From NCBI RefSeq assembly GCF_018977255.1, contig NW_024704743.1:67830001-67894000 (forward strand): DNA of 64,000 bases. Direction: 5' to 3'. This DNA is from Callorhinchus milii (lineage: Eukaryota). Both the position numbers and the translations under genes were made by a program. Of the stretch, positions 25,166 through 37,807 are shown one piece after another. Below the pieces are notes generated by a model. It saw nothing but the letters and a program-made list of their open reading frames with translations, had not been told where the DNA came from and searched no databases. Numbering within the stretch: position 1 is the stretch's first letter; the number at the start of each line of letters is the position of its first letter.

Positions 25166-27250
25166 ATTTATGAAGTTTGCAAACTATTTCAGATTTAATC
25201 TTTCATTTTAACGAGCATATGCCTTCAGACACATCCAGAACTGCAGAATAGATTTCACGTTTGACTAGCCATATGCACAAGACTCAAAAAATTTAAAAAC
25301 ATTCAAAATCTGATCCTTGGAAGTTGTTGGATCATCCAACAGAACTCAAAGTAACTTTCAAGGAACAGAGATGGTATTGGATCTGAAGTCACACTGCATT
25401 GTGTTTACACTATGATTCAACATGAATAGTGGAATATCAACAAGGCAGGCAGACTGCAGAGACTAAAGCACAGTTGATCCATTGAGTGTTGAGTGCTCAG
25501 AGCAGAATTATATTTTTTGATAGTACTGTAGATGTAAAACATGAAAAACACAAACTGAAAAGAATGTTTGCTACTTTTCATGTGACCTACCTGCACTGCA
25601 CTTGCTGACTTGAATATTTACCTCTCTTGGGGTCGGATTGAATGTGCTTCAGAATGTCAGAAAACATGTTAAACAGGCAGCGAGTGACTTTAAACTGTGC
25701 AGAAAGAGAGAGCTTTCAAAAGCTCAGCAGTTGGTTGTTTAGATGATGAATTAAATTTTCTGATGTGAATTTCTGAATAATTACACTAGTGTCAAACATT
25801 TGGCATTCATGTTGTTTCCCCGATGTGCCAAGATGAATGGGCCCCAGTGTGTGAAGTATCTGACATATTATTGAAAAGTAGTTGCTCACATTAGTAATCT
25901 AGCTGTAATCTGTTCTGCGTTACCCTGAAAGATTTTTGGCAATGGCATAATGAAGTGATTTATTCTGATTAAAAATAAATGATCAATTAAAATGTAATGA
26001 AAGATGCACTATGCAAAAAAGTGATGCTGACAATTGTTTTGAATATAATACGTTAATACGATAGGGAGAATCAATCAAATTCAACTCAATAACTTTTCTT
26101 GAAAATGTTAGTGTTCCTTAATACCACGTGGGTTTCTGAACAAAACACATCCTTCCAACAGAGCACAACGCATTGTTACAGGTGATAAACGAAGTGTTAA
26201 CAAAAGAAAGTAACAGCTGTGAAAACTATTCCCAAAGTAAACAGTAAAAAAAAGGCTAGCCATGAACTGCATGCTGTATGCATTGATTTGTTTGAATACA
26301 TTTTTTGTGATGAATCATTGATAAATATCTTTCACAGCAAAATTATCTCTGTGTGGCTTTTACCGTTAAGTCCTCCCTTGTTGTCTCCCCTCCTCCACTA
26401 TTGAGACTATTCGAGATAGTGAGAGTTAGCAGCCTATTCAAATGTGGAGGGCACCACAGATCACAGGATCAATTTGGAGAAAGCCCTTTGGCCTATCCAA
26501 TCTCATCCTTACAGAAAAAACACTCTACCTACCCTCCCCATCATAGCATCAAGCTGATTTTTAAATGAGTCCAATGCCCTGCCCTCAACCACTCAGGGCA
26601 ACAGATTTGGATCTTTCCCTCAAATGTTTTGCAAACCCTCTGCTGCCAAAGTTTCCATTGGATTTGTATTATATATAAGGATCAATCTTTTCCAACAAGA
26701 AGGCCAATATTCTGTGTTTATTTTTTAAAAAAGGCTTGATTGATGCATGTTTTTGGACATCTTTAATGAATTTTCTATTGAAATCACCTGAGTGCCCAGC
26801 CTTCCTAATCGCCACGTGTGAGAGATGCAATTTTGTTAGTCGATGAAATGTGGTGATGCACCTGCAATAATGAGAATTTCACACTCCTGAAGCAAGCAAC
26901 GAGCCACTGGAGAGACTATTTATTTCAAATGTCTGAGAATGCAGCTGTGGAGTGTGGCATAGTAGCCAAAAATATCTCAACGACAGCAACAGAAAGGACA
27001 ATTTATGGATGAGGTCCTGCAATTCATTGTAAATATGGCCATGGAGTAATGTTGGTATGCTGTTGGAGGGGGAAGAGGGAGTGGCAATACCCACCAGCCA
27101 TGCAAAGAAGCTATGAGGTAGGGACATATACGCTGGTGCCCCAGTGTAACGGCTGTTACTCAGTGTCAATGGTGGCTCTGCAATTTGGAGGGCTTGGCAG
27201 GAGGTTTGAATAGAGTGCATGGTTTGAAGAAAAGCAGCAAGTCAAATCCT

Positions 27251-27320
27251 TAATAGTAGTGTGAAACAGGACTACAGAACAGATCCATAATAGTGGTGTG
27301 AAACAGGATTATAGAACAGG
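27251..27320. repeat. 37-bp tandem duplication
   Basis: TAATAGTAGTGTGAAACAGGACTACAGAACAG / TAATAGTGGTGTGAAACAGGATTATAGAACAG. Confidence 0.85.
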
Positions 27321-30300
27321 AAACATCAGAGAAATCCATAGCCCTACGTGATGGGGTTTACTTTGCAGCTTCAGTTAACATCTTATGTGCAAAATGTACA
27401 TGTTTGAATTAACCATGTGCAGGTTCACACAGGTGAATGATGTAATTAAAAAACAATGTAAAAAGATTATAGAATCACCATAACAACAACAATTTAGATT
27501 TGATCATGCCTTTTGCTTCTCGAGGCTATCTCAAAAAATCTTAACACAACTGTCAGGGAGCCTGAACTTTTTATTTTGGGAGAGGTGGAGTTTAAAGGGA
27601 AGGGGAAGGTAACTGAAAGCACAGCCAGTCATATAGGGTTAAGAGTTTGGTAAGTGCAAAAATGTGTGAACAATTTCAACAACGATCCACCACACATCAT
27701 TGCAATATAAATGAACTGACAGGACTGTGTAACTTCCAACAAACATGTCCTACAAGATGGAGCTCTGAGACATTACCCTGCATGAAAAGCGCTATATAAA
27801 TGCAAGTTCTTCTTCTAATTAAGAGGAACTCCTTGGAGTATCTGCTGCAACAGAGGAACAATGCACATCAGAGCACAGATACAAACTCGGTAGTGAAAAA
27901 AGATATTTAGGGTTAAAACTAATTTTCCATAGTTCTAAATATAATAATATCCTTGCATTTAGTCTCTTCTTTCATATCAGGAGGACATCCCAAAGCGCTT
28001 CACAGGAAGTGCAGTGACTGTGTTTTATAGGTGCCTCTCTCCATCAGAAGCATACTGGATCATTAACTCCTCTAAATGTTTGCTTTCTATTCAGCTCAGC
28101 ATTTTGCTAATTCCAGATCCAGAGTTAAATATCTTTCACACTCAGTTGCATCCTATTGTATTTGTGATGTCCAGTTGTGTACTCAAATGTTTGCTGCTTC
28201 TGGTTGCATTTTGTTTGGTCAGCCGGGTGTCAATATCAGGTCTAACTGAGTTTCCTTGGCTTAGCATATCTTTAATTAGTTTTCCTATAATACTCCTATT
28301 TCAGTTTATCAAATCTTCATTGTTACCACTGATTGCCTCAAACTTGACTCTAGTGTTTTAACTCTTACCTGCAGGTACTTAACATAGTAATTGTAGAAAT
28401 ATTACAATTCTGATGGATACAATATAATAATAACCCCCCTTTATTATCTTTTCCCTTTTTGCATGTTTTAGTTACTATTGTGTAATTCAAAATAATCCCC
28501 CAAACAAAAAGGTAACAACATTCAATATTTTGTTCGGCTACAAAATACACTGCACTTCATATTCAAATCCTGTAAAGCACTTTGAGACACCCTTTCAATG
28601 TGAAACTCACTACACTGTATAAATTGCAAGGATTAACACATGTAGTATGATAGTTATCATCGATGATTATTATATTCTGTATATCAATCCCTATCTGACC
28701 TTGTGATGTGCCTTTTCATTGAGCAATGCCTGAGACAGTTTCTCATTGAAGGCCTTCTAACAAAGGCTTAACTACTGTAGCTAAATTGGTATGGATGCAC
28801 CATACTGTGTGCATAATCCATATTTGTATCTTACCATTTATTGTAGAATATTTAGTTGGCTTGTCTTTAATATTTCTTATAAAAATATTAAAGGCGAGCA
28901 AACTAAGCATTCTAAAATAAAATGTTACACCCAGATAGCTGAATGGTATTCGTCATAAATAATAATCCTTGACTTTTATAATAATAATAATTTTACATTT
29001 GGTATATATAGCACCTTTCATGTCAGGTGTATGTCCCAAAGTGCTTTGCAGGACATATTGTAAAGTACAGTGACTGTATAGGTTTTGTGGGCTATATAGT
29101 GCCTTATCAGGTCAAAATGTCTCACAACAATTCACACTGTTTTTCTATAAATCGTACTAACTGTATTTGTAGGCTATTTGTTAGTTATCACTATTTATTA
29201 TTGCTTTGGGAGTATTTCAAGTTGTTTTTGCTCTTCTGCCCTCCACATGTAGTTCCTTCTTTAAGAAACATGACTTATTAGTTGGGAATTTTTTTTACCA
29301 ATAGTACACTATAATGAGCTGCTGGGATGTATAATATCTCTCTCAAGTGACCTGGCTCATGGAATAATCTACACAGTGAGGTAACATGCGAGCATGCACT
29401 GCCTAGTTTATCATATAGTCATTCAGATAATGCAAGGAGAGTTGCCAGCACATGTGGCACTTGACTTCAGCGAGTGTTTTCTTAGAGATGGGATGGAAGG
29501 GGAGAAGAGGTCAGCAAAAAATATCACCGATTTTCCTGCCTGCAATTTCAATGGAAATTAAGTGCAGGTATTTTTGTTAAAAACATAGATTGAAGCTTGA
29601 GTAAAAAAAATGTGTATTTTAAAAGCATATTCTAAGTGTATAATTATTTCTGTTCAACCTATATGGGTGTAACAGACACATTAAAGTCACATTGAGTTCA
29701 TAAAAAAAATCAATGCATTAATATTATAATCTTTTATTGTCACTAAAAGCATTAGGAGAATTATCATTGCCAAATAAAATAATGATGAGATGAATCTTAA
29801 CTCAGAACTATAGGCCTTCAGAAATACTTGCCTTACAAATATTTCAACATTGCATTTTAATGTTGTTTCACAGAGGTATTTGTGACACCAAACATCTCAT
29901 TATAATGTACAAACTACTTGACTCAAAAGGTCTGTGTCATAATGAGGATAGACATAACTGCACAAGTTGCTTACAATTTTATTCTTACAATACATAAGAT
30001 TCACACATTTAGGCAACAGGTGTGACAAAAACCTAATTAAACCTTTTCATGTCCTTGCCAACATTTTCTGTAAAGGAACATTAGCAGTTGTGACAAAGCC
30101 TCTCACATGAAAATGTGTGAAGGCTGTGCACGCTAAGAGGGAATAGCAAAGCAGTATGACTAAAGCTTCTGTTCAACTTTAAGAATACCACAAAAACTGC
30201 CTCATTAAACTGCAAGAGGCAGATGTGATGTTGCAATTACTTCATAAGAAAAGAATAAGACAAGGTGAAGCACCAAGAAAATTCAAGGAACACACATACA

Positions 30301-31109
30301 CGTTTTCTTTGAGCAAACAGGTTTAAAATATTAATCCTATAAATAAATAATAATCCTTGCATTTGATACAGCACTTTTCACATCTTCTAGGCGTCTCAAA
30401 GTGCTTCACAGAATATGCTGTAAATTGTCTATATATTTGCAGCAGCCAATTGCGCACAATAATTACTATAGGGACACAAAACCGTTGGACTGTTTTGATT
30501 CTCCATGAAATCATTACAGCAATGGATTTAGTATAGAATTATTCCACAATATATTAATATATAAGAATGATCCTTGCATTTGCTAAAGCGCTTTATCACA
30601 TCATTGAGTCATCTCAAAGCACTTCACCTTTAACATCATATGATATACATAGGTGTGACTGTGTATTTTATGGGCGAATATGCCAGCCAATTTGCGCACT
30701 GCAATGCACAGTGAGTGGAGAAAATGGTATGTTAATCATATGGTACATATCTGGAATAAGTTTTGTGGTTCATCAGACGAGTCCCATTGTCAACACTGCT
30801 TCTTTATAAGACAATGAAGCATGTCTTATACATTATTAAAAATTATTATAAATTATTAAAGTTCTCACTAAGAACTTTGCTACAAATATCAACTTTAGCG
30901 TGATTTCTTTTTTGTGTTTTTGGTCAGCCACATGCGGGAACCCATCACCAGGCTTAAGAGTATCCAAATCAAACTGAGCATTCCATGCATCCCATCTACA
31001 CATAGAAGTTCCAGAAATAGTTATTGGAATCTGTACTCTCTTCCTGGTGAGACGCATTCTGCTAATCTAATTCCTACCGACAGGAGCCTTAAAGCTTTAC
31101 AGGCAGCAA

Positions 31110-31350
31110 AATAGAATCTGACACCCTCCCTTCCTCCTCTCTTTCAAGGAATGCCTCAAAACTTACCTATTTCATCGCACTTTTAGGACAATCTTTCCCC
31201 TCCGCATTCCCCACCCCACCCCCTCTCTGCCCCCGCCCCACAACGACCACCACTGCTCGGCTCCTACCCTCAGCTCGGGTGCCCAGACAGAATTATCAAG
31301 CACTTTGGGATGTCCTCCTGATGTGAAGTGTGCTACACAAGTATGAATTA
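31110..31350 (+). mobile_element. L2 LINE 3' end, degraded
   Basis: TCTTTCAAGGAATGCCTCAAAACTTACCTATTT (SFKECLKTYLF), C-rich UTR, AGCACTTTGGGATGTCCTCCTGATGTGAAGTGTGCTA. Confidence 0.75.
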
Positions 31351-31720
31351 TACTGTATTGTAATTCTTCTGCAGAAAATACTTAGAGTAGACCAGAAAAG
31401 ATTTGTTGTTTATGTTCATTATAAAAAGTGGAATCTATCGCTAATTATTTTCTTGTAAATCTGTTTTTAAAAAAACCTTGCACTTGATATGGTTTCTTTC
31501 ATATCTGAAGAATGTCTCAAAAGTGCACAGACACAGGATTTACTGTAAAGTATAGTGACTGTGAATTTTGTCAGCGAACAGAGCAACCAATTTGTGCACA
31601 TGAATGTCCGTCAAAAAAGTTATGAAGTGAATGAACGATTTTACCTAGGGGATTTACAGTATATTCTGTGAAGCGCTTCAAACACGGTAAGGCTCTATAT
31701 TAATGCAAGGCTTATTATTA

Positions 31721-31991
31721 TTATTATATAACAACAACAACTTGGATTTATATAGTACCCTCCATGCCGGACTGCGTCTCACAGTGCTTTACAGTTTAGG
31801 ATCCCGGGACTGAGCCAGGGGGAGGGATGGGAAGGTGACCAAAGGCGCGGTCGAAAAGAAAGGTCTTCAGCAGAGAGTACAGAGAGTAACCCCCTGGTTC
31901 GGTCCCGGGATCCTAAACGGTAAAGCGCTCTGAGACGCCGTCTGGCGTGGAGGGTGCTATATAAATCCAAGTTGTTGTTGTTATATAATAA
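31721..31991. repeat. Inverted pair of L2 3' ends forming a hairpin (102-bp arms, 67-nt spacer)
   Basis: Arm 31721-31822 versus the reverse complement of 31890-31991: 9 mismatches in 102 nt and no gaps (manual alignment). (AAC)n/(GTT)n tails point outward. Confidence 0.92.
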
Positions 31992-33596
31992 CGCAAGTAG
32001 TTGTTTATATTGGGCCATCTATTGGTACTTTGTGAGATTTTATTATCCCTAGAGTATTAGAGTATATTAATGGAGTTGATAGAATAGATGGGGACACGGC
32101 ATTTTTAAGTAGTTTACTCGTCAAGGAACATGTTTACTCAAGCGAGATTTGGGATTCAGAACTATGAAAGCATTATTTGTGAACTTAATCTCATCAGTTT
32201 TTATAGTCATGTAAATAAAACTTATCCATCCAAGCAAAATCTTTTTTGTTTGGAAGAAGACAATTCCCTAGAAACAATCTGTCAAGCTTCAGCTTGTAGC
32301 CAACATGTTGTAACAATGAATCTTTACACATAAATGTTAAAGCATATCTGAAAACACAGAAATTGTCTAGACTGTTACTGATTCCTATAGATCCCTTTGT
32401 TACTGTTTCACAAGAATTTAACAACCTGGCTCTACGAGGGATTAATAACTTTTTTATTACAGCTATAACTTTTAGGTGTACTTGAAACCTCATGGTATTC
32501 TAACACGTATTCAACACTGATTCACGCTATATATTAATTAGCTCTTGACATTAAAAAGAAATATTGACAGAAGAACACATTCATGGTGTAACTTCAGAGC
32601 TGACATCTCAATTCCCAATTAAATATTTTTTCAAATCCTATAGCAAATAATAATGTCACGTACAGGTAGGAATGATTTGGTCTCAGGTTTATATTTCCAT
32701 ATTTGCACGGAGCTATTCTCCTCCACACTTCCATCTTCATGTTAATTTCGATTTGTAAATGTGACAGTAATTTGAGATGCCTGATCTAATAGACTGTTCA
32801 ACCCAGATTAAATAAACTACTGCAGGCTAGTTCTGATATCGGCATAATATAGGCCAGATAGGGTTATGCTTGTCATGGCAAAAACTATCTTCGGTTTCCA
32901 ACCTTTTGCCCTGATCTATATTTCTGTAACTGAAGGCCCTCTGGTCAATGAAATAGGCCATTAAAAGAAACCTGCAACCAGACTTCGACTTGGATATAAA
33001 TGTATTTTATAACGAAAGAGCTAATTAAAATGCATTTCCATTCAAGTTTCCATTTTCCAACGTAACTTATTTATTATTCTTATATTTGCATTGTCCCTTT
33101 GTCTAAATAACATTAAATTGCAAGTAATTTTAGCAAAATATCTAATAATTCTGATTGAGAAGGCTAATCTAGAGCAAATGCTGTTTATCCTTTCTGAGGA
33201 TTGGTAAATTGAAGCTGCAGTTATTTGTACTCATTGTCCCAACAGTAAAAACGATGCAACACAGAATAATGTAAGTACTCTGATCTAACCATGAATATCA
33301 ATTGAAATTCATCCATGGTCAGGTTGTCAGCTTTCCTGCTGCATTTATCTGAGATAAGACAGAAAGAGAGATTTTGAGTAAAATATAATCTATCAATCTT
33401 TCTTAGAAACATTCCCTGCATATCGTGATCAGTTATAGATTGTCGGGGTGAAGTCATGGCAGAACAGGATTGTGGCATCTGTAAAAAGAATAGATCTTGT
33501 GGGTTGAATGACCTGTTTTGTTCCATCTTCACTTGTGCTCTTATGAATCCTCTATAGTTGTGTGATACTTTCTTCCTTTCATTTGTACAATAGAAT

Positions 33597-34120
33597 GTCA
33601 TCCTGGTAGCACTTGGTAGCACTTTTGCCTCTGAGCCAGCCAGGTGGTTGGGGTTCAAGCCCCACGTCAGGACTTTGAGCTCATTGTCTAAGCTAACATC
33701 CAATGCATGACTGGATGAGTACTGAATTATTGAAGATACCATCCTTTGGATGAGATTTTAAACCAAGGTCTCATTTTAAACCAACGTTAGTCCAGGTGGA
33801 TGTTATAATAATAATAATTCTTGCATTTGATACAGCGCCTCATCACATCTTCAAGACGTCTCAAAGATCTTCATAGAATATACTGCAAAGAGAATTGACC
33901 ATATATTTTGTAATTCTTTAGTACTATTTGAAGAAAGAAGTGATTTTTCCTGATGTCCTGGCCAATTATTCTCCCAACCTTAAAATTGATCATTGACTTA
34001 AAGGGACATTGCTGGGCACAAAATATATGCCATGTTCATCTCCAACATACAGTTACTACACTTTTAGAAACCTCTGTGAAGAACTTTGACTATTCAATGT
34101 ATCAAATACAATGATTCATT
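33597..34120 (+). mobile_element. SINE family A interrupted by an inverted SINE 3' fragment (about 33807-33912)
   Basis: TTGGTAGCACTTTTGCCTCTGAGCCAG...GGGTTCAAGCCCCAC head. The body resumes at TACTATTTGAAGAAAG after an (AAT)n-CTTGCATTTGATAC fragment. Confidence 0.75.
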
Positions 34121-35082
34121 ATTTTGTTCCATTGTTTATTCTCCCACCATAATTATTATTAGCCCTCATTAAAACTCAAGCTAACAAAGAATTGTACATG
34201 AATGGCCTGACATATAACCTTCACCTTACTCTTCTTAGATCATTTTTTTTATTAGCAAACTGCTCACTTGTTTAACAGCTTCATGGCAATGGGTGATTTG
34301 TTAGACACTTGCAGTGAAAGATGATCTAGGAATAAATGAGTTTCTGCCACTCTCACTTAATAAACAAGAAATTAAGTTGACATTTTTCCCTCTCAGTGAG
34401 AAAAGGAGCAACCACAATATACAAATAGCCATTGATGAACTCCGACTTGAAGCTGAAGTTTTTTATATGAATAAAGCTAAATCTCAATAGCCCCTCCTTC
34501 CCATGGCTGTTTATAGGGTATAGGAAAAACATAATTGCTAAATTGCCTTATAGTGCATATATTAATTATTTATACTGCTGAAAATAATTATTTTAAGACT
34601 AAAATCCATTTTAAACTTTCATACAGTCGATTGAGGTAAAATGTCTTTATATAAATAATTTGTAGCTATTTGGCAGTTTTAAGTTATAAATCTGAACAAT
34701 AATAATCCTGGCATTTGATATAGTGCCTTTGCTTCAAACTGAGACAATCTAACACCCTAACCATCCATTACTTGTCCATTTGGATCTAGCTATATTGCTA
34801 AATATCTGTATGTCAATGCAACTAAATATGAACCAGATTCAGGGTTTACAGATAGGGAAATTATTCCATGTACTGTCTAAGAATCCTCCAGATAAAATTG
34901 TTTATTTGCCTCATGGCTGTTTGTGGGGCATTGCTATGAACAAATTGGTTGCCGTGTTCCCTGACAAATGCATAATCACTACACTTTACTGTGAAATCCT
35001 TTGAAGCACTTTGTGTCATTTCAAAGATGTGATAAGGCATTATATTGAATGCAGAGATTACTGTTACACATATATTTGAAAC

Positions 35083-35429
35083 AATAATAATAATCCATGC
35101 ATTTGAGATAGCGCCTAGACGTCTCAAAGCGCTTCACAGAATATACTGTAAAGTGAATTGACTGTATATTTTGTGGGCGAAATATGGCAGCCAATTGCAC
35201 ACAGCAGTGTCCCACAAACAGTCGTGGATTGAGTGACCAAATTATTATTTTTTTTTTTGAAGGGAAGGATCCATCAATCGACTAACAACCAGGTTCCTAC
35301 TTAATGCTTGGTAAACAGAGGTGTGTGGAGTAAGGAAACTTGCCTAACGATTCACCCTGCCCGGGAATCGAACCCAGGTTCTCTCGCTTGCGAGGTGAGT
35401 GCTCTAACTACTGAGCTACAGGATTCCAC
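35083..35429 (-). mobile_element. SINE family B long variant
   Basis: Head GTGGAATCCTGTAGCTCAGTAGTTAGAGCACTCACCTCGCAAGCGAG...GGGTTCGATTCCCGG (CGC anticodon), CORE-like segment, Deu 3' part, (TTA)n tail. Confidence 0.9.
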
Positions 35430-36079
35430 AATATGATAGGAAAAAGTCAAATCTTTAGTCAACATCCAGATAAAATGTCACACTTCTATAGAATTACATA
35501 AAACATTACAGCACAGAAACAGGCCATTTGATTCAATTAGTCTATACCAGTATTGATACTTTACATGAGCCTCCACTCTAACCAATGTGAATAATGGAGA
35601 TAAAAAAAATTCTAGTTTCTAAAACACTGCGTGATATCCAAGATCATTGACTAAACTTTCCATTAAATGGCACTAAAATCAGATGAAAGAAAGTCCTTAA
35701 AAGACACTGACAAAACTTGCTGGAGTAATGAGCATAGTTGTGCTGATGATATCATCTCCATAAGCAATTCACAGTGTTGCCATGGAAAGGGGGAAAAAAT
35801 CCACAATGAACCAACACATTGCTGACTTTACAACATAATGCCAAGAAGCTACACTTTGGATCCACTGAGAAACTGGGAATTCAAGTTAAGGATTGGATAT
35901 CTGGAGAAGAAACACTCTGAGGTGTGTGTCTCAGGATGTGGAATATGCTGGCATTTATTACCCAGCCCCATTGAGCTGAGTGGGAGTTGGTGCGCCCTTC
36001 TCTTAAAACCACATTTGAGCTTGTGGTGAAGCTGTTTCCAAGTAATTCTAGGATTTTGACCCATTGGCCACACATACTT

Positions 36080-36388
36080 TAGCTTCCTATAGCACTACCC
36101 GCTGCCTCCGCTTGACTGGCCTCCTCCTTGTCTCCCGGACCCTCTGCGTCACCATCAGTGGCCGCGCTTTCAGCCACTATGCCCAGAAGCTGTGGAACTC
36201 TCTCACTCATTCCCTTCTCCTTGCTCCCTCTTTGCCCATTTTTAGGTTGCGCATGAAGACCTTCCTCTTCGACCGTGCCTACGGTCACCTTCCTCCTCTC
36301 CTGATTCGGCATCAGGCTCCACCACTGTTAAGTGCTCCGAGACATTGACTGGAAAGAAGGCTGCTATATAAATGCAAGTTGTTGTTGT
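36080..36388 (+). mobile_element. L2 LINE 3' end
   Basis: TISGRAFSHYAQKLWNSL...FRLRMKTFLFDRAY; tail GCTATATAAATGCAAGTTGTTGTTG. Confidence 0.88.
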
Positions 36389-36390
36389 GT

Positions 36391-36767
36391 GTCAGCATGG
36401 TCCAGTTGGAAACATTCTCGCCTCTGAGTCAGAAGATTGTGAGATCAAGCCCCTAAGTCTCTCAGGTGACACTCCAATGCACTGCTGGGGGTATGCTGCA
36501 TTGTTTGAAGTGTCATGCTTCAGATGAAACATAAAACCAAGGTCCTGTCTGCCTGTCTAGGTGGATGTTAAAGATCCCATGAGATCTTTAAACAGGTAGA
36601 CAGCACATTGGTTTAACATTTCATCTGAAGGATGGCAACTCCAACAATGCAGCACAGTCCCAGTCCTGGAGTGTCAGCCTGAACTATGGTCTTAAAGTCC
36701 TGAAGTGGGGCTTGAACCCACAATCTTCTGACTCATAGCTGAGAGTGCTAAATGAGTCATGCTGTCA
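36391..36767. repeat. Palindrome of two family A SINE 5' halves joined without a spacer
   Basis: A + strand head and body up to TTAAAGATCCCA, then TGAGATCTTTAA and the reverse-complement body and head. Confidence 0.8.
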
Positions 36768-37807
36768 TCCTACACAATTCTTCCACTAAAGTCCATGGCT
36801 TATACTGGGGAATGGCTTCATGGGCTCCTCAAGCACTTCACTCAAATGTCGCATGAGCCCAGAAGCAACTCGACCATTCACGATTAACAATTATATATCA
36901 GCAAAATTTCCATAGTATTCCAAAGTGATCAAGCAAATATTTTGGGGGATGGGGGAAATTGTAAGGTATCATCAACTGGAACCTGAAAAGAAGTATTGCA
37001 AATGAGTGATCCAGGTACAAAGAGACAGGTTTAAAATGTTGGTAATCAATGTCTGACACTGTCAGGAAAACATTAACTAACATCATTAGTTTTCAAGCAG
37101 ATCCAATTACGTGGCCTTTCTGAATGCTGAAGTAGCCTGCACAGTGATTAATGTTAGTTAAGCTCAGAGCTGTTGCTAATGGAACAAATACTTTGTCAAA
37201 TGTACTTCGAGCAGAGTAAAATGGCATTAACTGAATTGGGATGGATAGATACTGAGAGCAATAAAGTGAAGGATGTTCATGGGAAAAGATATGGAGGGAG
37301 AGGATGTACAGGGCCAGAAAGTTGCACTTAATGCTAATGAAAGAGCAGTGATTAAGGAGGTAGACTTTTCAGGGAGTGAGATTATTTAACAGTAGCGAAT
37401 ATCAACATGACAATCTGTAACCTGAATTACTTTGCAGTTCCCCTTACCTAACATCCGATTAGTGGGAGCTCAACACCGTGCTTGTCAGATGTCAAACAAC
37501 CAACTAGTGACAATCCTCCCGGGGGGGGGGGGCAAAAGTAAACGGGGTCTCACTGAACCGACTCCAAGATTTCATGTGCGGCAACAGAATGTCAGAATTG
37601 ACCCCGCTCTCTGTGGCAGTTTCAGTTGTCTAATTCCTGAGCTAGGCGGGTCCGCAAGTATTTTCAAGGGCACTGCTGACAGCTCAGGCAGGCTGACTCA
37701 TTGACAGGACTTGAAAGGGCACACCAGTCACCACGGGCAGGGACTTAAGTAAGCATAATTCATCCTTTCAGGGGGAGAGTGCGAATTCTATTCCAACAAA
37801 TACTCTT

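Noticed and set aside
27251..27320. CRISPR-like 32-37 bp direct repeat
   Set aside because: There are only two adjacent units, no unique spacers and no cas genes, and the context is eukaryotic.
33275..33295. TGATCTAACCATG resembling miR-218
   Set aside because: The seed end does not match and there is no hairpin partner.
36036..36056. CAAGTAATTCTAGGAT resembling miR-26
   Set aside because: It has insertions relative to the mature sequence and no precursor stem.
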